This document shows, piece by piece, positions 37,346-46,030 of a stretch of 61,273 bases of DNA. Source of the stretch: an uncultured Planctomycetia bacterium (lineage in GTDB: Bacteria > Omnitrophota > Gorgyraeia > Tantalellales > Tantalellaceae); contig CAZNEE010000007.1 in the NCBI GenBank assembly GCA_964572255.1, positions 3,708 through 64,980 of the forward strand, given 5' to 3'. The notes beneath the pieces were generated by a model that worked only from the letters and a program-made list of their open reading frames with translations, was not told where the DNA came from and searched no databases. A program made the translations under genes and the position numbers. Numbering within the stretch: position 1 is the stretch's first letter; each line of letters starts with the position of its first letter.

Positions 37346-38014
37346 TCAAACTGTATCACGCAACAATGGATCTTCTAGTCCGGCTTTTGCGAAGCCTTTT
37401 GCGCGGAATATGCACGATTCGCAAACCCCGCACGGCTTTTCGCCGCCCTTGTAACACGACCAGGTATATTCGAACGGCACGCCAAGTTCAGATCCGATCT
37501 TTATTATTTCACTTTTCGTTTTATCGATTATCGGTGTTACTATCTCAACGGGGTCATTTTCGCTGCCTCTTTTAGTCCCCCGTGAGACCATTTCCCTGAA
37601 AGAATCAAAAAACTCGCTGCGGCAATCTGGATAATTCGAATAATCCAACTGATGAGCTCCTATGAAAACGGCATCAGCGCCGATAGCTTCGGCAAAGGAT
37701 ACTCCGTAACTTAAAAAAATAATGTTACGCCCGGGCACATACGTGGACGGGATCGTTCCGCCGGGACTTTCCTGATACTCCGGCACGGAACTCTCCTCCT
37801 CCAAAAGCGCGCTCCCTTTCCATGGAAAAGATATGTTCAGCTCTTTATACCCGCATCCGGCGCTTTCCGCTATTTTCCCGGCGCATCTGATCTCTTTCGA
37901 TGCTTTTTGCCCGTAGTTGAATATCAAGGCTTGGCTGTCGTATTTTTCTCTTGCCATGTAAAGTGTAACAGCGGAATCTATTCCGCCGGATAAAAGAACA
38001 ATCGCTTTCTTCAT
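37346..38014 (-). CDS. queC: 7-cyano-7-deazaguanine synthase
   Basis: LLSGGIDS, YVPGRN, YPDCR, WSCY, CGVCESC. Confidence 0.96.
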   Translation of the reverse strand: MKKAIVLLSGGIDSAVTLYMAREKYDSQALIFNYGQKASKEIRCAGKIAESAGCGYKELNISFPWKGSALLEEESSVPEYQESPGGTIPSTYVPGRNIIFLSYGVSFAEAIGADAVFIGAHQLDYSNYPDCRSEFFDSFREMVSRGTKRGSENDPVEIVTPIIDKTKSEIIKIGSELGVPFEYTWSCYKGGEKPCGVCESCIFRAKGFAKAGLEDPLLRDTV

Positions 38015-38056
38015 GATTTAATTGAATTCGTTCAAGGAACGGAAATCCCGGGAATC

Positions 38057-38422
38057 TCAAGCTTCATAATAAGTAGCCGACGACGTGTCTGTCTCCCATA
38101 CGGTGACGCCGTCTATTTTTAACTTAGGCATTTTGCCCTTAAGCTTATCAAAAATATAACGCGCGATATTCTCGGAGGTCGGATTGACCTTAGAAAAATA
38201 ATCTGCCTCGTTTAAATATTTATGGTCCAATACTGAAGTAATTTCATTGAGGTTTTTTTTAAGGTCTTTAAAATCCGCCACCATGCCGATCTCATTAAGG
38301 TCCTCTGACGAAACCACGGCTTCTACGCGCCAGTTATGGCCGTGCAGCTCTTCACATTTGCCTTTATACCCTCTAAGGTTATGAGCGCTGTTAAACTGAG
38401 TTGTAACTTTTATTTGATACAT
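38057..38422 (-). CDS. queD: 6-carboxytetrahydropterin synthase
   Basis: FNSAHNL, CEELHGHNW, LDHKYLN, NPTSENIA, VWET. Confidence 0.94.
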   Translation of the reverse strand: MYQIKVTTQFNSAHNLRGYKGKCEELHGHNWRVEAVVSSEDLNEIGMVADFKDLKKNLNEITSVLDHKYLNEADYFSKVNPTSENIARYIFDKLKGKMPKLKIDGVTVWETDTSSATYYEA

Positions 38423-38433
38423 AATAAAAACAT

Positions 38434-38973
38434 TTATTCGAAATACTGAGAAGTTACCTTATCCCATGTCCCCTGAGCTTTCATGAGAAAATCACATACT
38501 TCCCTTACGGCTCCGCGGCCGCCTTTTTTTTCCGTAATAAAATTGACGAACGGCTTGACATCATCCACCGCATTAGGCGGACATACCGCCAACCCAACTC
38601 TTTTCAGAACAGGGATATCGATGACATCGTCCCCCACAAAACAGATCTCGTCATTATCAACTTTAAAATTTTTCTTTATCGTCTCAAGAGCTTCTATCTT
38701 GTAGTGAAAATTATGATAAACCTTGTCGATCTTCAGCTCCTTTGCGCGTTTTGTTACGCTGCGGGATGCTTTTGCCGTTAAGATCACGCATTTTATACCG
38801 GAGCGCCTGATGAGATAGATCCCAAGGCCGTCATTTACGTCAAAATTTTTTGTCTCCTCGCCGTGGTTGCCGTATACAAATCTTCCATCAGTAAGGACGC
38901 CGTCCACATCCAAAACAAGTAATTTGATTTTTTTTGCTCTTTTTGTGATCTCTGACGATTGTTTATCACTCAT
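38434..38973 (-). CDS. kdsC: KDO 8-phosphate phosphatase
   Basis: LDVDGVLTDG, FVGDDVID, GGRGAVRE. Confidence 0.95.
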   Translation of the reverse strand: MSDKQSSEITKRAKKIKLLVLDVDGVLTDGRFVYGNHGEETKNFDVNDGLGIYLIRRSGIKCVILTAKASRSVTKRAKELKIDKVYHNFHYKIEALETIKKNFKVDNDEICFVGDDVIDIPVLKRVGLAVCPPNAVDDVKPFVNFITEKKGGRGAVREVCDFLMKAQGTWDKVTSQYFE

Positions 38974-39005
38974 TTCTTCTCCTGCTTCTGGTAACTGTTA
39001 GACTT

Positions 39006-39965
39006 TTACACTAATCCCGCTCTCAAGATATCCTGAACATCCAATATGCCGGCAACTCTTCCCTTCTTGTCGACTACGGGTATTTCATCTATCTTTTTAT
39101 CCCTGAGTATTTCAAAAGCCTCGGCAGCGAGACGGTCTCCGGTTATGGTAACGGGATCTTTTGTCATTACATCGCCGACCTTTCTGGCAAAGAGATCCTT
39201 GCCTTCTTCAAAATGGCGCCTAAGATCTCCGTCAGTAAAAATACCGATAAGTTTGCCCCTGGAATCCACAACGCTTGCGCTGCCGGCGCGCAATTTGGTG
39301 ATCCTAAGAAGCACATCATTCACCTTCATATTTCTGGTCACTATCGGGGTTTTGGTTTTGGGCCTCATTATATCTTCGACTTTTAAGATCAATCTTTTGC
39401 CGAGCGCACCGCCCGGGTGAAAAAACGCAAAATCTTTCGGCTGAAATTTTTTCTTCTCAAGAAGCGCTATTGCCAGAGCATCACCTAAAGCAAGCATGGC
39501 CGTCGTGGATGTAGTGGGCGCTAAGCCCATGGGGCAAGCTTCCTGATCCACGGAACTTTCGATAACGAAATCACTGTTCCTTGCGAGAGTCGATCCTTTT
39601 TTTCCTGTTACAGCAACCAGTTTAGACCCGATCTTTTTTATTATAGGCAGAAGTTTTACCACTTCTTCCGTCTCGCCGCTGTTCGAAAAAGCTATGATCA
39701 CATCGTCTCGTGTAACACGGCCAAGATCCCCATGAAGCGCCTCCGCCGGATGTAAATAAAGTGAAGGTGTCCCCGTTGAAGATAATGTCGCTGATACCTT
39801 TTGGGCAATAAACCCCGGTTTGCCCATTCCCGTTACTATTACTCTTCCTTTGGATTTGGACAACATATCGATTATCTTCTTAAAATTGCCGTCAATCTTT
39901 TTCGATAATTTGGCTATGGCTTTACTTTCCTGCATCAAAACTCTTTTTGCACTTGAAGTGCTCAT
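39006..39965 (-). CDS. kdsD: Arabinose-5-phosphate isomerase (KpsF/GutQ, SIS + CBS)
   Basis: GMGKPG, HPAEALHGDLG, APTTST, FHPGGALG, two CBS domains. Confidence 0.95.
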   Translation of the reverse strand: MSTSSAKRVLMQESKAIAKLSKKIDGNFKKIIDMLSKSKGRVIVTGMGKPGFIAQKVSATLSSTGTPSLYLHPAEALHGDLGRVTRDDVIIAFSNSGETEEVVKLLPIIKKIGSKLVAVTGKKGSTLARNSDFVIESSVDQEACPMGLAPTTSTTAMLALGDALAIALLEKKKFQPKDFAFFHPGGALGKRLILKVEDIMRPKTKTPIVTRNMKVNDVLLRITKLRAGSASVVDSRGKLIGIFTDGDLRRHFEEGKDLFARKVGDVMTKDPVTITGDRLAAEAFEILRDKKIDEIPVVDKKGRVAGILDVQDILRAGLV

Positions 39966-40789
39966 ATCTCACGCACCGCCTTTTCAACTTTTTTTACACC
40001 GCTTATAAAATCGCTCAGATCGCTCATCCTGATCATGTTCGGACCGTCGCTTAAAGCCTTTTCGGGATCCTTGTGCACCTCTACAAAAAGGGCGTCTACG
40101 CCGCAGGTGACAGCGGCTCTTGAAAGTACGGGCACGAATCTTGCCTCTCCTCCGCTCGAGGCGCCTTTTCCTCCCGGCATCTGCACGGAATGCGTGGCGT
40201 CATAAACAACCGGATATCCCATTTCGCTCATTATTATCACGCCTCTGAAATCATTAACCAGCATGTTGTACCCAAAACTTGTCCCGCGTTCGGTCAAAAG
40301 GATATTTTTATTGCCTGTTGATTCTATCTTCTTAACCACATTTTCCATCTCTTTAGGTGACATGAACTGTCCTTTTTTAACATTGACAGCTTTCCCGGAC
40401 GAAGCCGCTTTGATAACAAGATCAGTTTGCCTGCATAAAAATGCGGGTATCTGAAGGATGTCAACTGCCTCGGCAACCTCATCGACCTGATCAACAGAAT
40501 GAACATCTGTAAGGATCGGAACATCAAGTTCTTTTCTTATCTTTCCCAATATCTCCAACCCCTCTTCCAGGCCAGGCCCCCTGAAAGAACTTATGGAACT
40601 CCTGTTCGCCTTGTCATAACTTGTTTTAAAAATAAAGGGTATTTTTTCTTTTTGAGTTATTTTTTTCAGCTCGCGCGCATGTTCTATCGCGCTCTCCGCT
40701 GATTCGATCACGCAGGGTCCCGCGATCAAAACTACCGGTTTTCCTTTGCCGATAACAACATCTTTGACCTTGATTTGCTGAGTATTCAC
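39962..40789 (-). CDS. kdsA: KDO 8-phosphate synthase
   Basis: AGPCVIES, KTSYDKANRSS, QIPAFLCRQTD, DATHSVQ. Confidence 0.97.
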   Translation of the reverse strand: MNTQQIKVKDVVIGKGKPVVLIAGPCVIESAESAIEHARELKKITQKEKIPFIFKTSYDKANRSSISSFRGPGLEEGLEILGKIRKELDVPILTDVHSVDQVDEVAEAVDILQIPAFLCRQTDLVIKAASSGKAVNVKKGQFMSPKEMENVVKKIESTGNKNILLTERGTSFGYNMLVNDFRGVIIMSEMGYPVVYDATHSVQMPGGKGASSGGEARFVPVLSRAAVTCGVDALFVEVHKDPEKALSDGPNMIRMSDLSDFISGVKKVEKAVREI

Positions 40790-40808
40790 TTTTAAATCAC
40801 CTACTTCG

Positions 40809-41579
40809 CTAAATATGCACTTCTTCAGTGCCCTTCTTCATTATATCAGAGACCCTTTTAAGGTCTTCGGGTGTATCAACACCTATCGTATCGTATCTTG
40901 TCTCGATAGTTTTTATCTTATACCCGTGCTCAAGAACTCTGAGCTGTTCAAGCGCTTCATCTTCCTCTAAAGTGGATTTTGGAAGATTTGTATATGTGAA
41001 CAGAAAATCCTTCGTATACGAATACAGCCCTATATGTTTGAAATAACTTCCGCTAACGTCATCAAGTCGTGATATCCCGCCGGCACTGTCACGGATATAC
41101 GGAATAGGGCTTCTTGAAAAATAGAGAGCGAAGCCTTTCCTGTCCACAACGACTTTCACAACATTCGGATCCGATATTTCCTCTTTCCGGTGTATCCGTT
41201 TGATCAGTGTGCCCATGTATACATCGCGCTCATATTCAAATACCCTGGCAAGTTCATCGATCATCAAAGGATGTACCAACGGTTCATCCGCCTGAACATT
41301 TATAACTACATCCGCGTCTATCTGGTTGACTGCTTCTGCCAGGCGATCGGTCCCTGAAGGCTGTTCGGGCGAAGTGTACACTGCCTTCCCGCCGAAGGAT
41401 TCAACCGCTTTAAAGACTTTTTCCTTGTCAACAGCAACTATTACTTCATCCACCTCGTGGGCTTTTTTCACTCTTTCCCAAACATGCTGGACCATTGGTT
41501 TCCCGTTGATGTCCGCCAGGACCTTTCCTTTGAACCTTGTCGAATGCCACCTTGCGGGTATAACAGCTATAACCTTCAT
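40809..41579 (-). CDS. kdsB: CMP-KDO synthetase
   Basis: IPARWHSTRF.GK, SGTDR, NVQADEP, LEQLR. Start at ATG 41579 (TAATG overlap with rfaE1), not 41675. Confidence 0.96.
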   Translation of the reverse strand: MKVIAVIPARWHSTRFKGKVLADINGKPMVQHVWERVKKAHEVDEVIVAVDKEKVFKAVESFGGKAVYTSPEQPSGTDRLAEAVNQIDADVVINVQADEPLVHPLMIDELARVFEYERDVYMGTLIKRIHRKEEISDPNVVKVVVDRKGFALYFSRSPIPYIRDSAGGISRLDDVSGSYFKHIGLYSYTKDFLFTYTNLPKSTLEEDEALEQLRVLEHGYKIKTIETRYDTIGVDTPEDLKRVSDIMKKGTEEVHI

Positions 41580-42586
41580 TATCCTTTTTCCGTCTCCCTT
41601 TTCAGGCTGGCTAAAAGTTCCTTTTTGCCGACCACCGCAGTACCCCTGTGTCCGACAACTATACCCGCGGCACAATTGGATATATGCGCCGCTATCCTGG
41701 GAGAACCTCCGCTTACCAAAGCCAATGTATAAACAGCTATTACCGTATCCCCAGCACCGGAAACATCGAATACTTCCTGCGCGATCGTGGGTATAGAATA
41801 TGATCTTTTATCTCTCTCGAAAAGTATCATACCTTTTTCTCCCAAAGTAATGAGAATAACATCGGCCTTAAGCTTGCTCAATAGTTTCGCCCCGGCCTTC
41901 TGGAGCGTTTTCCTGCTGTCGATCTTGAAATTCACGGCTCTCTCGGCCTCTTTATGATTGGGAGTTATAACACTTACTCCTCTATAAGACGAAAAATGAT
42001 TTTCTTTGGGATCAACAGAGATGATCTTATTACGCTTTCTTGCTTCTTTGATTATAGGCTTTAAAAATGACGGTGTTATGAGACCTTTTCCGTAATCTTC
42101 TATTATTATCCCGTCATATGAGGATATTTTGTTCTTTATGTAATCTATCATCTTCCCGGAAACATTATTCGGAATAGGATCTATGTTCTCCCTGTCCACC
42201 CTTAACACCTGCTGTTCATTCTGTCCGGCAGTGATGCGGGTTTTCAATATAGTAGGCCTGTTTTTGTCCGTAAAAATACCGTCCAACGATATATTTTTTT
42301 CCTCAAGCAAACCTCTTAACATAGCGGCTCTTTCATCTCCCCCGACAACTCCCACCACGGAAACATCCGCGCCTAAATTAGCCAAGTTGCATGCGACATT
42401 ACATGCTCCGCCGGGCACGCACCTGTCATTCCTGACCCATACAACAGGCACGGGAGCTTCCGGTGATATGCGCGACACATCGCCCCATATATACTGGTCG
42501 AGCAAGAGATCCCCTATGACCAGAAGTTTCCTTCGGTCAAACTTTTTAACGATATTAGCAAAGGTGGAATAGTTATATCTTTTCAT
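41579..42586 (-). CDS. rfaE1: D-glycero-beta-D-manno-heptose-7-phosphate kinase (HldE kinase domain only)
   Basis: IGDLLLDQY, RISPEAPVPV, DYGKG, DVSGAGDT. No cytidylyltransferase-fold domain. Confidence 0.92.
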   Translation of the reverse strand: MKRYNYSTFANIVKKFDRRKLLVIGDLLLDQYIWGDVSRISPEAPVPVVWVRNDRCVPGGACNVACNLANLGADVSVVGVVGGDERAAMLRGLLEEKNISLDGIFTDKNRPTILKTRITAGQNEQQVLRVDRENIDPIPNNVSGKMIDYIKNKISSYDGIIIEDYGKGLITPSFLKPIIKEARKRNKIISVDPKENHFSSYRGVSVITPNHKEAERAVNFKIDSRKTLQKAGAKLLSKLKADVILITLGEKGMILFERDKRSYSIPTIAQEVFDVSGAGDTVIAVYTLALVSGGSPRIAAHISNCAAGIVVGHRGTAVVGKKELLASLKRETEKG

Positions 42587-42631
42587 ATATTTATCTCCAG
42601 TATTAATATTATATCAGTCAACAGAAAGGGT

Positions 42632-42661
42632 ATTTTAGCACGCTTTTTCCAGGAATGTCAA
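42632..42661 (-). promoter_or_regulatory. Putative sigma70 promoter for the rfaE1-kds-que-lpt operon
   Basis: TTGACA (42656-42661), 18-nt spacer, TAAAAT (42632-42637). Confidence 0.5.
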
Positions 42662-42671
42662 TTTTATAAGA

Positions 42672-42819
42672 AAGACATTTGCACTGTTCCTCGCAGGGAC
42701 GTCAAAATTCCCCAGCGAGGAATTTTGACTCAAAAGTTCCCTCGCTCGTCCTCTATTTAACGCAGGACACCGTGCTCGCTCGGTCACTTATGCCCTGCTC
42801 AAAACAGTGCAACTGTCTT
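42672..42819. repeat. 148-bp structured repeat, family 2 copy D
   Basis: AAGACATTTGCACTGTT...AACAGTGCAACTGTCTT termini. Same length and orientation as 37190-37337. Confidence 0.9.
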
Positions 42820-42835
42820 AAGCATAATAATGCAG

Positions 42836-43050
42836 TCAAAACAGTAAACCGGATTCTAAAGGGATCCCTTAAAAGTTTTAGCTTTTTTATCATTTTTAGA
42901 AACAAATTACCTATTTTGCAATTGTTCAAGCCTGCTGAGCAAATGATATGAAAATAATTAGCAAAGCAGGCGAGTTTTGCAAGGTTTCTAAAAATTAGAA
43001 AAATGCGTTAAGAAACTTTTGGGGAAAAGAATCCGGTTTTACTGTTTTGA
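42836..43050. repeat. 215-bp nested imperfect palindrome (MITE-like)
   Basis: TIRs TCAAAACAGTAAACCGGATTCT / AGAATCCGGTTTTACTGTTTTGA plus nested inverted segments. Confidence 0.75.
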
Positions 43051-43064
43051 ATGTGTATTTATTT

Positions 43065-43385
43065 TTATAAATGCGGATTGACTTTATTTACGATCTCAGT
43101 CTTGGGAACCGCGCCTACGAGCTTATCGACGATCTCACCATTTTTGAAGATAACCAATGTCGGAATGCTCAGGATACCGTAGCTGGTCGATGTTGTCGGG
43201 GCTTCGTCCACGTTAACCTTGCAGACCTTGAGCTTCCCATCGTATTCCCCGGCTATTTCTTCAATAACAGGCGATATCATCCTGCATGGCGCGCACCATT
43301 CGGCCCAGAAATCGACCAAAACGGGCAGGCTTGATTCCAGAACTTCAATTTTAAAATTAGCATCATTCACTTTTACTTCTGACAT
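43065..43385 (-). CDS. trxA: Thioredoxin
   Basis: DFWAEWCAPC, SIPT. Confidence 0.97.
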   Translation of the reverse strand: MSEVKVNDANFKIEVLESSLPVLVDFWAEWCAPCRMISPVIEEIAGEYDGKLKVCKVNVDEAPTTSTSYGILSIPTLVIFKNGEIVDKLVGAVPKTEIVNKVNPHL

Positions 43386-43430
43386 ATCATTCTCCTTACT
43401 TTTGTGAAAAATTATCGTATATACAGATTA

Positions 43431-44483
43431 TCACACATTGCTTACAGATTCCATATCTTTTAACGCCTTACCTGCCGCCTCAATGACCTCACCGGCTGTA
43501 ATCGCTTTTAAACAAGCGAAATCTTTCACGCAATTATGCGCAAGACATTCGTCACAACCCACATCTTTATGCAATATAATGTCGTCTTTCCCCAATGGGC
43601 CCCACCTTTTAGGCGAAAGACCCGGGTCACTTCGTCCGAATATCGCAACAACAGGCGTCCCGACGCTAACCGCAACATGAACAGGTCCGGAATCGTTGGA
43701 GATCAATAATTTACATCTTGATAGAAATTCGGCAAGTTCTCCTACGAGCAACAGCCCCGTAAGATCGATCGCCTTGTGTTTCATCTGTGAAATGATCCTC
43801 TCCGCGATCTCAGATGTTTCCTCGGCGCCTATAAGAGCTATATCATATCCGTATTTTTCGGCCAACACATCCGCTGTTTCGGAAAATCTTTCCGGCGGCC
43901 ACTTTTTCGAAGGGCAACTTGCCCCAGGATGTATAGCTATAATATTCTTCCCTATATTTCGATCGACAATAACAGAATCCACCAATTTTTTTTCTTCTTC
44001 ACCCGTCACCATATAAGGCATGCGGTCAATATCCCCCACATCAAAGCCGGCTTCTTTTAGAAGATCAAAATTGTAATCAACCTCGTGTTTAGCGCCTTCC
44101 TGCTTATTATGCGTGATCTTTTCAGTCAGAAGGAACGGCATGTTCCTGTTATAACCTATGCGCCGGGGGATCCCCGCTAAGAACATTAACATATGCGCCC
44201 TGTTTGTAGGATGGAGAGCTATTGCCGTATCGAACTTTTTTTCCTTTAAGATGAACGCGAATTTAAGTGTAGCCAAAAAACTCCTCTGATCACCATATTT
44301 ATCGTAAATTATCACCTCATTAAGATGCGGATCGTGCAAAACAACATCACGCATCTGGGGCCTGACCATCAGCGCGATATAGGCATCGGGATACTGCCTG
44401 CGTAAAAATCTTATTACGGGAGTGGATAGGACCACATCCCCTAATCTGTCGGTTCGCGTTATTAATATTCGTTTTGGATCCAT
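43431..44483 (-). CDS. GT9 LPS heptosyltransferase (WaaF-like)
   Basis: DRLGDVVLSTP, HPGAS..KKWP, SNDSGPVHVA. Confidence 0.9.
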   Translation of the reverse strand: MDPKRILITRTDRLGDVVLSTPVIRFLRRQYPDAYIALMVRPQMRDVVLHDPHLNEVIIYDKYGDQRSFLATLKFAFILKEKKFDTAIALHPTNRAHMLMFLAGIPRRIGYNRNMPFLLTEKITHNKQEGAKHEVDYNFDLLKEAGFDVGDIDRMPYMVTGEEEKKLVDSVIVDRNIGKNIIAIHPGASCPSKKWPPERFSETADVLAEKYGYDIALIGAEETSEIAERIISQMKHKAIDLTGLLLVGELAEFLSRCKLLISNDSGPVHVAVSVGTPVVAIFGRSDPGLSPKRWGPLGKDDIILHKDVGCDECLAHNCVKDFACLKAITAGEVIEAAGKALKDMESVSNV

Positions 44484-44513
44484 AATATTATTTCATCAAC
44501 CGGCGGTTTGTTA

Positions 44514-45023
44514 TTAATCTTGTGTCAGCTCTTTGTACACCTTCTGATACACATGGTAATCAGTCTCTGAAAAGCAAATATAGCGGATCTGGTCAAAATC
44601 CTCCAAGAATCTTATCCCCTCCTCAAGAGCGATCCAGGTAGCTTTCTCTATCGGATATCCATAGACTCCCGTACTGATGGCGGGGAAAGCTATTGACACC
44701 AGACCGTTCTTTTTAGCAAGGAGAAAGCTGTTCACGTAACAATTTCTTAATTTTTCAGCCTCTCCCTGACCTCCCCCATGCCAAACGGGCCCCGGTGTGT
44801 GGATTATTTTTTTCGCTTTAAGTCTCCCCGCATTTGTAATAACAGCTTCGCCTGTTATACACCCGCCGATCAGTGAACATTCTTCTAAAACACTCGGGCC
44901 GGCTGCCCTGTGTATTGCGCCGTCAACCCCTCCGCCTCCGGCCAGCGCGGTATTAGCAGCGTTCACTATGACATCTACATCTTCTTTGGTTATATCTCCG
45001 TGTTTGATGATTATTTTCCCCAT
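44514..45023 (-). CDS. MacroD-type macrodomain (O-acetyl-ADP-ribose deacetylase / ADP-ribosylhydrolase, YmdB-like)
   Basis: GDIT, IVNAAN, GGGGVDGAIHRAAG, FPAISTGVYGYP. Confidence 0.93.
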   Translation of the reverse strand: MGKIIIKHGDITKEDVDVIVNAANTALAGGGGVDGAIHRAAGPSVLEECSLIGGCITGEAVITNAGRLKAKKIIHTPGPVWHGGGQGEAEKLRNCYVNSFLLAKKNGLVSIAFPAISTGVYGYPIEKATWIALEEGIRFLEDFDQIRYICFSETDYHVYQKVYKELTQD

Positions 45024-45040
45024 GCTAACACCCCTTTATC

Positions 45041-46030
45041 CTATCCTTCAAGCATCTCTTTCGCGGCCTTAAAAACTTCTTCGACACTTATTTTCGATAA
45101 ACATCCTTCGGTGGGACCGACCCTGCAAAGCGCTTTTTCACAGGGCCTGCAGGGCACATCCGGCTTGATCACCTTATTTCTATCTGAAAGCGGCCCATAT
45201 TTTTTTTCGTTTGAAGGACCGAATATAGCTATCGTCGGAGCGTTCACGCCGCTGGCTACATGAAGCGGGGCGCTATCGCCTGTTATGACAAGTGAAGAAC
45301 GCCTCATCAGTTCCGCAAGAGATCCTATGGATGTTTTGCCGCAAAGATCGAAAGCCTTGTTCTTCATGTTTGACAACATGACGTTCACTATTTCCGTATC
45401 ATGCTCATTACCCGTGATAAACACTTTACATCCCAATTCCGATATAAGCCTGTCTGCCAAGGTGGCGAACTTGCCCGCATCCCATCTTTTAAGATGACTT
45501 TTGGCTCCGGGATTTATTACAACATTTTTTTCTTCACCTATCCATCCCATGAAACCATCAATAAAGGTTTTGTCGTAATTCGAGACCGGAAGGAAAAACC
45601 TGTTGTTCACAAAAGGATCTATACCCAAGGTTTTAAGGACTGACAGATGTTCCTCCCGTTTATGCATGACAGCTTTTCTGTGAGTCGGTTTTATGAACGA
45701 TAACGCGCCTACGCACACTTTTGACCCTATAAAATAAGGAGCTAATGATCTTTTCATATCTATGACAAGATCATGGCCTTTACTGCAAAGATAGAAAAAT
45801 TGCGACATCTTATCCTTTAATGAAGCGCCTTTCTTGTAAACTATTAATTCCCTTACAGCCGGATGGGTCAGAAATATCTCTTTACCGGCGGGGCCTGTGA
45901 TTACATCAACTCTTGCTCCCGGGAATTCATCACACAGCCTCTCAAGTACCGGGGTAGTGAGTATGATGTCCCCCAGATTAGTAAGCGTTATGAATAGAAT
46001 GGATTTAACTTCTTTTTTATCGAGCTTCAT
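45041..46030 (-). CDS. GT9 glycosyltransferase
   Basis: TNLGDIILTTP, INPGAK..KRW, TGDSAPLHVA. Confidence 0.9.
   Translation of the reverse strand: MKLDKKEVKSILFITLTNLGDIILTTPVLERLCDEFPGARVDVITGPAGKEIFLTHPAVRELIVYKKGASLKDKMSQFFYLCSKGHDLVIDMKRSLAPYFIGSKVCVGALSFIKPTHRKAVMHKREEHLSVLKTLGIDPFVNNRFFLPVSNYDKTFIDGFMGWIGEEKNVVINPGAKSHLKRWDAGKFATLADRLISELGCKVFITGNEHDTEIVNVMLSNMKNKAFDLCGKTSIGSLAELMRRSSLVITGDSAPLHVASGVNAPTIAIFGPSNEKKYGPLSDRNKVIKPDVPCRPCEKALCRVGPTEGCLSKISVEEVFKAAKEMLEG

Noticed and set aside
37171-38433. preQ1 riboswitch controlling the que genes
   Set aside because: Only 11 nt separate kdsC and queD, and the queC-queE gap is filled by the 148-bp repeat, which lacks the preQ1 stem and A-rich tail.
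42679-42951. 90-aa plus-strand ORF spanning repeat copy D
   Set aside because: No RBS or motif. It runs across two foldback elements, and the sister copy at 37190-37337 has no equivalent ORF in the track.
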